Virus record (IMG/VR): IMGVR_UViG_3300018891_000001
Coordinates: 62,001-126,000 of that record
Reading direction: 5' to 3' (one strand)
Length of the DNA: 64,000 bases
The notes below the pieces were generated by a model. The model searched no databases. It was not told the DNA's origin and saw only the letters and a program-made list of their open reading frames with translations. Below, one piece after another: positions 39,701 through 47,969 of this stretch. Each line of letters opens with the position of its first letter. Positions within the stretch are counted from its first letter, which is position 1. A program made the position numbers and the translations under genes.

Positions 39701-41754
39701 TGGATGCCTATATATGGTATACCGATTGGTATTCCAAGTGGGTAGAAGATATAACCACATATACCGCTACGATGAAAGAAATTATTCATATTGCAAATCC
39801 ATTGGAACTAGATCCAACGGATCCAACCGTTAGTGAGGATTATCAGCCGGATAACACGATGATCGAAAAAATAGAAGTTACTAGCAGTAACCCATTTGTA
39901 AAGCTGTGGATTGAAGAAGATCGAGGAAAAATGCGAGGTCTTCTTGGAACCTATTATCATCGTGACAAATATGACCCTACACAAAAATACTATTTAGGAG
40001 AGAAAAAATATTCACAATTGGATTTCCAAGAAGATACACCAAGCCAATCTTCCAATCCAAACTACAATGATCCTTATTATGAAGGCTCTCTTTGCTTTAA
40101 TTGGGGATACAATAGTCCAAAAGATTTGCCTTCTTCCAACGATTTTGCTGTTTCATGGAACGGTTATTTGTATGCACCAGAATCCGGAATTTACCGGTTT
40201 AAAGCAACAGTCAATGATGGATTTCGATTATGGGTGCGTGATAAGCAAATCATTGATAAGTGGCATGTAACTGGAAACCCTGATTACTTCCCAGACTATG
40301 AAGCTAGTATTTATTTGGAAGGAGGAAAATGGCATCCAATTCGTATTCATTATTTTGATCATATTGGTCAAGCCCTTATGCGGTTGCATTGGTCGATTCC
40401 AGGAAAAGGGTATCAACGTATTTCACCACATTACTTAACTCCATATTTGGGGTATCGTCTGTTTGCACAAGTCAAACAAGCTCGGCCGCTACCGTGGAAT
40501 CCAATGATTCATAATGGTTACTATTATCACGAAGACCGAGAATATTATCTGTATGCGCAAAAAGTGGTTCATAAAAAGACCCCGGATGTCTTTCATGAAA
40601 TTCAGATTAGCCCTCGTCCTCAACAGGGAAGTGCAATTATTGTAAGAGATAACGAAGGAAATAATCTTCGCAAAGTGACGTTTTATGATGAAAACTGGAA
40701 TCTGACATTAGAAAATAAAGAAGAATTTCATGGAAACGGGTATGCAAAATATTATCTTCAGTATAAGGGTGTTGACAAGCAAACCCTAAAAGTCAAAGTC
40801 AATGGAAAAACACTGATGAATCATGATTATATTTTCCATGAAGAGGAATCAGCCATTGAATTCATGGAAGAATTGCATATGACCGACCAAATCGAGATTC
40901 GTTATAAGCTCTTATACAGTTATTGCATTGATATGAATGCTGATATCGTTGATGGTTTTGTTAATAAAGATGTTGCTAAGATTAGGCTGCATAATAATTA
41001 TGATCCAAAGAAAATGGTGAATATGGAGATTATTTATGAAGCTGCCAAGGATACTCCATTTTATCGAGCTACTGAAGTGGTATTTAATCCGCTTTTAAAT
41101 CATAACCATTCAGGGTTTTTGTATATTACGGAACAACAAGAGCAGGCAGTAAAAGAAATCATGGTTCATCTTTCAGATAAAACCTTATCCAATTCTGGGC
41201 TGGAAAAGGTGCTTGTAACGGTAAAAGTGATTGACTCATATGGTAATCCTTGTCCAAATAAACGAGTTCAAATTTTCCGTGATGATGTCCTAGTATTTGA
41301 AGGAAACACGAACATGGCAGGAGAGGTATATCTATATGACCAACCTGTTCCAACAGATGAATTGGTCAGCGTTTACCGAATCCATTGTGAGGATATCATC
41401 CAAGAAGTTCTATTAAATTACTATGTAGACCAACAATTAAAACGGTATTACCTAGATATTATGGCCGAAAAACTTACTGTCATGGCTGGAGTAGAAGATG
41501 ATGCTACCATTCAAGTCACACTCAGAGATCATCATTGGAATCCAGTAGGAACTGGGTATACAGTAAAAGTCGAGTATCGAAATACACATGGAGAAAAGAA
41601 AACAGAAACTTTGGTCACAGATGCGTATGGTCAAGTTCACTTGCGGATTTCTGGTTTAGAAGAACGTCACGGAAATATCATGGTGAAAGTTTCCTATGAT
41701 ATGGGATTTGAAGAAACAGCTAACTATGTATATATCAAAGTCATTGGGGGTTAA
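36790..41754 (+). CDS. Large virion adhesin-like protein with thrombospondin-C-like, PA14 and C-terminal Ig-like domains
   Basis: DDDIVGLIFK...NFYMMLW (DDD at 37465-37473). PA14 pattern GLLGTYY...FNWG..SP...DFAVSWNGYL..PESG.YRF...NDGFRLWV...YLEGGKWHPIRIHY (~39935-40440). Big-1-like VTVKVIDSYGNP and IQVTLRDHHWNPV at the C-terminus. Confidence 0.75.
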   Translation: MSKKRKRNAIHSGIGDNDDLLVKRPKEENGEETFQYAVRLRGKKRHETMIYPEIPFEYGIHYTGQTLETYNEKPYKFGIHAHPEKTIAYRIQEDKELPVKRMWEARACFEATVWRMNMKYALKWSGKKAYQARNTVEYAVSWKASVVSKSISDARSFFTSQNGQFIGYGDSTTWKRHSSGYVYDYSNVGRFSGIIAKHYYDLTDYEAEFDFKTVLATNDQHVGGNDDDIVGLIFKAKDNKNFYMMLWERHNRVKGSWRAPDNLEGFNMLTSGESAWENRVEADNCKSSIYMSDSQWDDYVNNRGWRLKHRRIYKVTNGVMRRVDTTPSSGTPGYDSSVKDLGNGKGWDLNELHTIKVNSIGKRVQIFIRDNGVWSKIFDFETDWEKGSFGMVNVSQAVQFHRIEVKEKKIIQGRIPETGWHTSNQATKTLGTGYNYCITQAKQKANALKASIPTVDTNTIDFIWIAGSLKDSTKGSITNPIGESTNIVVTAGTHTAYENISGRVPQTGWFEFDGIGSRIHAQNAMEYIKSKDSVAAQSNVTITSIVGEVWDDPQYPVPTGTVIVTSLAGQIIAKNNNPTDAGKTYSKCYVRCGIVEVTPDHRNYETGLMVWSDIANVFKKDYAEFFNRIEYINKKATYELLKPIKKDPPKPPPKEESEAGCVIEEPKPPAPDEPIIECWDDFHFDGKKLIMWSCEFPVETTTKLFEDQVYAYRGWMTFNPLASFTPNKWTKYTLIPIEAAIDPTYDEIKWAGWETYKNAPPGTKVLIRTKEWYKAIFPADIINSGIVNSEENIIANIPPAPEHYVHPEKTDERMPDRYEVIHYLLYAWDNHPDVVMWFAANPNLTTENVHRNPESLAKEGLMGMPIILTSNHNDQIVIHCKEDPRYIPWSSGKYIGYGKVNGKRPFFGDGAGKADMVNVSTEVVFFPNNLVRETLQGPFIDIYDPEFPEEPRVKYRLHSDNKLVDFYSDYMDAYIWYTDWYSKWVEDITTYTATMKEIIHIANPLELDPTDPTVSEDYQPDNTMIEKIEVTSSNPFVKLWIEEDRGKMRGLLGTYYHRDKYDPTQKYYLGEKKYSQLDFQEDTPSQSSNPNYNDPYYEGSLCFNWGYNSPKDLPSSNDFAVSWNGYLYAPESGIYRFKATVNDGFRLWVRDKQIIDKWHVTGNPDYFPDYEASIYLEGGKWHPIRIHYFDHIGQALMRLHWSIPGKGYQRISPHYLTPYLGYRLFAQVKQARPLPWNPMIHNGYYYHEDREYYLYAQKVVHKKTPDVFHEIQISPRPQQGSAIIVRDNEGNNLRKVTFYDENWNLTLENKEEFHGNGYAKYYLQYKGVDKQTLKVKVNGKTLMNHDYIFHEEESAIEFMEELHMTDQIEIRYKLLYSYCIDMNADIVDGFVNKDVAKIRLHNNYDPKKMVNMEIIYEAAKDTPFYRATEVVFNPLLNHNHSGFLYITEQQEQAVKEIMVHLSDKTLSNSGLEKVLVTVKVIDSYGNPCPNKRVQIFRDDVLVFEGNTNMAGEVYLYDQPVPTDELVSVYRIHCEDIIQEVLLNYYVDQQLKRYYLDIMAEKLTVMAGVEDDATIQVTLRDHHWNPVGTGYTVKVEYRNTHGEKKTETLVTDAYGQVHLRISGLEERHGNIMVKVSYDMGFEETANYVYIKVIGG

Positions 41755-41797
41755 TTCCCCTTTGACTTTTTCATCAATATGAAAAGGAGGTCATCTT

Positions 41798-44700
41798 ATG
41801 CCTCTTGAAAGAGAAAAACAGGGGCTAAAAATACAAGAATATAAGTCAACATTACCCAATCAAACCTTTGCTCTCCGAGTAGGAAAAGAGGTTCCAGAAG
41901 GCGGCGTAAATCTCGCCTATATCCATACTCCACGAGTTCAATCAGATGAAAATATTTCACTTATTGATACTTCCTATGTATCGGATAATGTCATTCCTCA
42001 AGACCAGTTGGAATCCATTGTCGTTGCTAACAGTCAAGGGGAATTAGAATATGTTGATATGATTGGAAATGGTGAAGTGCGTCCTCGACCGCCGAAGAAT
42101 ACATTTCCAAGTAATAAGGTCAGCGTGACACGGAAATTTAAAAAGAATGAAATCCGAACAGAAAATGCGCTCTATTATAAATTTGAAATTGATTATCACT
42201 ATGATAGTAAAATGGCAATTCCGAATGAAAAAGGTGAATATGTCGTTGAAAAATACAATGGCCAACAAATTGAATTAACTGATGAAAACGGAAATGCCTT
42301 AGATGATTCCTATAAGTATGATATCTATGTTCAAGCTCATGCATTAAATCCTCGCATTTATTCGGTTCGCATCTATTTGCATAAAACCACTAACAAAACC
42401 GACACAATTAAAGTAAGATACAATCATATTGACAGGGTGGTAAAAGATGAGCATGTGCAAAGCGTGAAACGAAGTATTGAACTGTACACCAATAAAGACA
42501 ATACTATTGTTGTTGATCAACAAAGCAAACAAATGCTTGAAGGTGGAAAGCTTCGTATTATTAACGGAGTGAGTGCCTTTGAAAAACGACCAGAAGAAGA
42601 AGTTCGACAAGCCATGATAGAACACCATGAAAAAGAGATTTTTGCGGTGGTACCTAAAGAAAATGGGGAAGGGTATAAGCTCATTGTTCCGCAACGTTCC
42701 GAACATGATCCACGGATTCCACGTATTTTTTCACACCGAGTAGTAGCTGAATATAAGGGAGTCGATAATCAGACTGTAAAAGTCACAGTAGGTCATATCA
42801 CAGATTGGTGCATTAATCCAGAGGCTCTTTTAAAGAATGAACGAGAAGAATATTCGGGAGAATGGAAAAATATCGGTATCCCCATAGGAGGAGCTAAGCT
42901 GAATGCAAAAGAAATGATTGAACTATCTCTTCCATTTGGGACACCAAGTATTCCATCAGAGGCGAAATTCTATATTGAAGATGACCAGGGAAATCTCATG
43001 TATCACATTACTGCTTTAACGGATAATTCAAATGTAGATACAAAGGTCAATGAAATTATGTCTTATACGATTGAAGCAAAGGCTAACGGACTTAATCAAA
43101 CTCCATGGATAAATGCCTTACAAGAAAATACAGTTATCAAGAATAATCCTATTCTGCATCGCTGTTCGATTATTCCAGAGCGTCAAAAAACAAAATGGTC
43201 ATTTACATGGGAGGCAAATGGACAAGGATATACAGAGCGCACTACTACTTATACAACCAATTGGCAAGTGTGTGCCAATGTAGGATTTAAGAAAAGCCTT
43301 CATCCTAATACTCTTGATGTACTTGATAAAACCAAATGGGCGACTATTGGCAATGATGCAGATGTAAGCAAATGGCGGTATTCTTATGTTGCAGAAATGG
43401 GAAAAAACGTCATAGAGTATTTAGAAAATGCCGATGATGTCATTGGATTCTACCAAAGAAAAGAAATGATTAATGGAACACTAACAGATTTAATGGGGAA
43501 ACAAGATTACCAGTTTAGTGTGAAGGTTCGCTTAACAGATCCTATTGACGATGATGCTATCGGTCTTTTGTTCCGGGTAAAAGATGCTCAGAATTATTAC
43601 ATGTTTATTTGGGAGAAAGATGAGATTTCAACGGTCAATAAAACGTATACCTTTGACCATGGGGAAGGGATTGTTGGTACTGTTCATGGTTGCGGGCGAG
43701 TGTATTTGGATCAATACGGGTATACCACGCATCGTTATAGTCCTGATGGGGCAGCAACAGAATCTTGGAGATGGACCAATAATAAAGACCGTTATCTCTA
43801 TAATATGGGATTTGGGACAAGGCATAAACGAATTTTGCGAGCAACGCCAAGTACTAAATCACCTCATCCAAACCCAAATTCACAAAGCAATGTATGGGAT
43901 GGAACAACACGTTATCCACAAGATAAAACCAATTGCCAATTCACAGACATCACGGACTTTTCTATAAACTACAATGCAAAAGGTTGGGAATACGGAAAAG
44001 ACTATAAAATTACCGTGGTTGTAACCGGAAATCTGTTTCGAATTTACATTAGTGAAAATGTCCATTCTGATGATTTAGGAGAGCTGGTATGTCAGGCTAT
44101 TGATAATACACACACTCAAGGGACATACGGTATCTTCTGTATTTCACAGCGTTGGACATATTGGTATGATTTAAAAATGACAGAAATTCAAATGGATACC
44201 GTATGCACGGAAAAGAAAGAAATTGTGTTAATGGACACAAATGAGAAAAAATTATCAAATTATACTGCCCCCGATTTATTGGAGCCTTTAATCAAAGAAA
44301 GAGCCAATACCGTGTTCAATGGGGCTCCTTATGAAATCTTTGGCTATTATGGTCGTTCAGATGGAGACTTTACCGTTCGAATCGATTCACGAACTAACTT
44401 TATCTATGGTAAGACTAATAACTCCGCTGCAGGAGGAGTTGTCCGAACACCGTGGACAACAGATGCTAATGGATTAAGTGTAAAAGGCACCGGCACCGTA
44501 GAGTATCATTCGGATGGACACTTTACAATATTGTTTTCTCCGAGTATATTGCCAACAGAACAGATACCAAGTAATGTATTAGGGTTTACATGGAATACTC
44601 CACGAATTACATCAGGAGAAAATGTTAGTATCTCCTTAGTTCCACCTAATCGAATTCAAGTTACAGCTACGGTTCCATCTATTCACATTGTTGGACAACC

Positions 44701-46807
44701 GTATGTTCTTGATGACGATGCAATTGTTAAATCTGATGGCATTAAGCATTTGGCTTACGTGTTTGATACAGATGGGGTGGAAGGATTTTACAAAAAACTC
44801 AACATCCCAAATAATATTCCTCCAGAAGAAATTATGCTTCGAATCGAAAGAGGAAAAGTGAAAGCCATTCATGCTAATGGTGTGGCAACAGTCGAAAATG
44901 CTGAACATCGAGTAAATTACCGATTCCGTTGTCAAAAGGAAGGGTATGTTCGTTTACCGGTAGACCAATTCCAAGATCAGTTAGGAGTTAATCGTTTGCG
45001 GTTGAAAAGTCTTTTGCAATCCGATGGCACATTAGATCCTGCAATTAAAGTAGATGTAGTGGCATGGACAACCTTCCAAGAACTTGAAGCTGTTCCGTTG
45101 TTTGCAATTAAAATTGAAGAAGAGCGAAAAATCGAAATTGAAAAACCGAAAGTCGAACACCGACATATGGAATATGAAAATTGGTATCTACGAGTGAAGA
45201 ACGGACGATTCTTAAAACGGATTCAGTTACCATATCACGAAGTGGGTTCGGGGGAAAAGCCACCTGAGATTTATATAGCGTATCCGCAATTGCTGGGAAT
45301 GGTTCAACACCCGAATCAAGTAGTAGAAGTGGATCTAGAATATAGCTTGCCAGAATATACAAATCAAGAATTCCATAACCGACCTTATGTATTGATTGAT
45401 AAAGAATTGCCAATCATTTTAAACGAATATGCCATTCAAACACGATATGCACCAATAGTATTAAAATCTGAGCATGGTCATAGTTTTCTTGATGTTTATT
45501 CGATTCGTAACAACCAGCGAAGAATACTTCGAGTATCCGATGTCGATGCAGTAAAAGGGATTATTTATCTCCATGATCGAATCAGGGAGCAGGATGAAGT
45601 GTATGTAAGATATGCCTATCAAGAAGACTGGTATACGTACCGGGGATTTGAAAAAGATCAGACCTTCTTTCATCTAGATTTAAATCCAACACCGGGACAT
45701 CGACATACCATTGCCACAAACGGATTTCATAGATGGATTCCTATAGACCGAGATCAAGAAACCTATACATCTAAAGATGTAGACAATACAGAATTGTTGG
45801 TTAAGCCAATTCATCTTTATTTACGACCGTCTTGTATACGATATGTGAACTATAATCAAGAGTCAAATCAGAGTATAGGGGATATTATACCGGGAACCGC
45901 TCGAAACCGAGTCTTGTTGCACACGGATGAAGAATGGTGGTTTAATCCGAAAGATTATCGATATGATCCGACTATGCTGCGTTTAGGAAAAGTAGTGTTG
46001 CAGGCTAACTCCATCATATCCGACCATATGACCATCCTGGATACTCGAACGAGGGGTGGAGGACTGGATGAATCTTTATCAAAAGAGATTATCCGACAAG
46101 TCAATAAGGAATCCTTATATCATTGGGATATTGGATACTTTGACGGTGAAGCGTATCAAGAAAATGGAGTCATCATCGTTCGTTTGCCACGGAGTATTTT
46201 AAAGTCAGATACTAATCCAAATGGATTCCATGAATCAATGATTCAACAAGCCATTGCTAAGCACAAGGCTTATGGTATCTTGCCAATTATAGAATATTAT
46301 GATGAAGTCACTGATGAATCCCGATTCAATCTTCTTCCCAACCCAGAATTTCTACACGGTCATCACATTGGATATTATGATCCTGCACGCAGTAAAGGAA
46401 ATTATGAAATTCGCTATATCATGCTAGGCTCAGGAGATAATCACGTTCTGCAAATTACAGACGATGCTGAATATGCCATCACTGTGCCAGGATATAAGTT
46501 TAAAAATGGGGGCTATCAGTTAGATATCAAAGCCTTAAAAGAGCAAACAGCTTCCATTCGAAGTGCCGGAACTGTCAATATTTATTACAAAAATGGAGAA
46601 AGTAAACAAATCCAACTTCCTCCTGTCAATCGGGATCAATGGATGGTTTATAAGGCTGATGTAGAAATTACGTCTTCTGTGCATCATGTAACCATCACAT
46701 TAAACAAAACCACAGAAGAACGAAAAGGGCGCATCATTTATGATTATGTAATGTTGCGACCTAATCCACGTGTTTCAGAAGAAAATACAGAAATTCACGA
46801 AATTTAG
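41798..46807 (+). CDS. Large virion protein with a thrombospondin-C-like domain
   Basis: DDDAIGLLFRVKDAQNYYMFIWEK (DDD at 43547-43555) and THTQGTYGIFCISQRWTYWYDLK; RBS AAGGAGG. Confidence 0.7.
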   Translation: MPLEREKQGLKIQEYKSTLPNQTFALRVGKEVPEGGVNLAYIHTPRVQSDENISLIDTSYVSDNVIPQDQLESIVVANSQGELEYVDMIGNGEVRPRPPKNTFPSNKVSVTRKFKKNEIRTENALYYKFEIDYHYDSKMAIPNEKGEYVVEKYNGQQIELTDENGNALDDSYKYDIYVQAHALNPRIYSVRIYLHKTTNKTDTIKVRYNHIDRVVKDEHVQSVKRSIELYTNKDNTIVVDQQSKQMLEGGKLRIINGVSAFEKRPEEEVRQAMIEHHEKEIFAVVPKENGEGYKLIVPQRSEHDPRIPRIFSHRVVAEYKGVDNQTVKVTVGHITDWCINPEALLKNEREEYSGEWKNIGIPIGGAKLNAKEMIELSLPFGTPSIPSEAKFYIEDDQGNLMYHITALTDNSNVDTKVNEIMSYTIEAKANGLNQTPWINALQENTVIKNNPILHRCSIIPERQKTKWSFTWEANGQGYTERTTTYTTNWQVCANVGFKKSLHPNTLDVLDKTKWATIGNDADVSKWRYSYVAEMGKNVIEYLENADDVIGFYQRKEMINGTLTDLMGKQDYQFSVKVRLTDPIDDDAIGLLFRVKDAQNYYMFIWEKDEISTVNKTYTFDHGEGIVGTVHGCGRVYLDQYGYTTHRYSPDGAATESWRWTNNKDRYLYNMGFGTRHKRILRATPSTKSPHPNPNSQSNVWDGTTRYPQDKTNCQFTDITDFSINYNAKGWEYGKDYKITVVVTGNLFRIYISENVHSDDLGELVCQAIDNTHTQGTYGIFCISQRWTYWYDLKMTEIQMDTVCTEKKEIVLMDTNEKKLSNYTAPDLLEPLIKERANTVFNGAPYEIFGYYGRSDGDFTVRIDSRTNFIYGKTNNSAAGGVVRTPWTTDANGLSVKGTGTVEYHSDGHFTILFSPSILPTEQIPSNVLGFTWNTPRITSGENVSISLVPPNRIQVTATVPSIHIVGQPYVLDDDAIVKSDGIKHLAYVFDTDGVEGFYKKLNIPNNIPPEEIMLRIERGKVKAIHANGVATVENAEHRVNYRFRCQKEGYVRLPVDQFQDQLGVNRLRLKSLLQSDGTLDPAIKVDVVAWTTFQELEAVPLFAIKIEEERKIEIEKPKVEHRHMEYENWYLRVKNGRFLKRIQLPYHEVGSGEKPPEIYIAYPQLLGMVQHPNQVVEVDLEYSLPEYTNQEFHNRPYVLIDKELPIILNEYAIQTRYAPIVLKSEHGHSFLDVYSIRNNQRRILRVSDVDAVKGIIYLHDRIREQDEVYVRYAYQEDWYTYRGFEKDQTFFHLDLNPTPGHRHTIATNGFHRWIPIDRDQETYTSKDVDNTELLVKPIHLYLRPSCIRYVNYNQESNQSIGDIIPGTARNRVLLHTDEEWWFNPKDYRYDPTMLRLGKVVLQANSIISDHMTILDTRTRGGGLDESLSKEIIRQVNKESLYHWDIGYFDGEAYQENGVIIVRLPRSILKSDTNPNGFHESMIQQAIAKHKAYGILPIIEYYDEVTDESRFNLLPNPEFLHGHHIGYYDPARSKGNYEIRYIMLGSGDNHVLQITDDAEYAITVPGYKFKNGGYQLDIKALKEQTASIRSAGTVNIYYKNGESKQIQLPPVNRDQWMVYKADVEITSSVHHVTITLNKTTEERKGRIIYDYVMLRPNPRVSEENTEIHEI

Positions 46808-46814
46808 TAGTTTA

Positions 46815-46828
46815 TGTAATGCATTTCA
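46815..46828 (+). promoter_or_regulatory. Copy of the palindromic motif (TGTAATGCATTTCA), followed by an extended -10-like TGnTAAAAT
   Basis: 13/14 match in the short gap between 46807 and the GAGGAGG RBS at 46844-46850. Confidence 0.55.
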
Positions 46829-46857
46829 TGATAAAATAAACCAGAGGAGGAATGTTT

Positions 46858-47916
46858 ATGCCTGTTTATTCGACACGGGATTTGATTCCTTTTGTTAACC
46901 AGCTAGAGCAAAAAATTTTGGAAATGAATGAAGCATTTAAAGATTGGGATCTTAATAAATACCGAGTCCTGCAATCTGTTAACCGAATAGATGCTACCTT
47001 CACTACAGCAATGACGGCTTTAGTACGTGCTGACGAGGCGTTAGCAGAGATTGGGACAGCCACTTTCCGAAGCGCAGCTAGCCGTGGTAAACGCTTAGAA
47101 GATACATTAAACAAACTGAAAAACGAAATCTATGAAATTGCTGCTACCGTTCCTGCAAACGGTGGCGGCGCTTTAACCGAAGGAATTTTTTATGATGAAC
47201 TCAATAATGCCATTGCTTCTGTTGATGCCACGATTGAGGATGGATTAAAACTGGATTATCGATTAAGAGAAATCCAGGAAATGGCGGCTTATGGAAATGT
47301 GGCGATACAAAAAGAACTGTATATGCCTTATAAATACAGTGTGACAAATCCATCCTCTTTAACAATTGAGATTCCTTCACAAGATGAGATCGTTTTTGTG
47401 GACGGGGAAGTAACGGTATTAAATCAAGAAGGAACCCCTTTTTTAGATGAGAATCAACAACTGATTACAGGAACGATTAACACAAATGGAATAGTTACGT
47501 TAACAGCGATTCCTTCAGATATGTGTTATTTATATTTTCCGGTTCAAATGAAATTTAAAGACATTCCAAAAGAATTTCTGTATTTATTTATGCAGCAAAT
47601 GATTCAGAAAAACAGTCGTATTATGGAATTTATATTGACTTTTGAAAAGCAACTTCTTGATATTTTACAAGATATCGATTATATGAAAGGAACTCAATGG
47701 ACTCCCGATTTTTCAATTATGAGAAATCATCAGGAGATTGTAAAAGAAGGTATTACTCCAAAAGGACTGAATGTAGAAGTCGTCGATGGAAAGGCTCATG
47801 TGACATTTAGCTATAATGACCATCCTCATTTAAGTCATTTCATACTAGAAATATGGGATGAAGCTCAACAGCGGTTTGTTCCTTATGATGGGGTTAACGG
47901 TATTGTTCAGAAATAA
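46858..47916 (+). CDS. Hypothetical virion protein with coiled-coil N-terminus
   Basis: ORF of ~352 aa; RBS spacing favours ATG 46858 over 46852. Confidence 0.65.
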   Translation: MPVYSTRDLIPFVNQLEQKILEMNEAFKDWDLNKYRVLQSVNRIDATFTTAMTALVRADEALAEIGTATFRSAASRGKRLEDTLNKLKNEIYEIAATVPANGGGALTEGIFYDELNNAIASVDATIEDGLKLDYRLREIQEMAAYGNVAIQKELYMPYKYSVTNPSSLTIEIPSQDEIVFVDGEVTVLNQEGTPFLDENQQLITGTINTNGIVTLTAIPSDMCYLYFPVQMKFKDIPKEFLYLFMQQMIQKNSRIMEFILTFEKQLLDILQDIDYMKGTQWTPDFSIMRNHQEIVKEGITPKGLNVEVVDGKAHVTFSYNDHPHLSHFILEIWDEAQQRFVPYDGVNGIVQK

Positions 47917-47940
47917 GACAGCTTCGGCTGTCTTGTTTTA
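47915..47940 (+). terminator. Rho-independent terminator
   Basis: AAGACAGC-TTCG-GCTGTCTT hairpin (UUCG loop) followed by GTTTTA. Confidence 0.75.
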
Positions 47941-47969
47941 CATCTTACAGAAAGGAGTAGCCCTATAAA

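Noticed and set aside
41746-41772. GGGG-TTAATT-CCCC hairpin with T-rich tail as a terminator
   Set aside because: Only a 4-bp stem overlapping the stop codon; too weak to support, although a partial terminator is possible.
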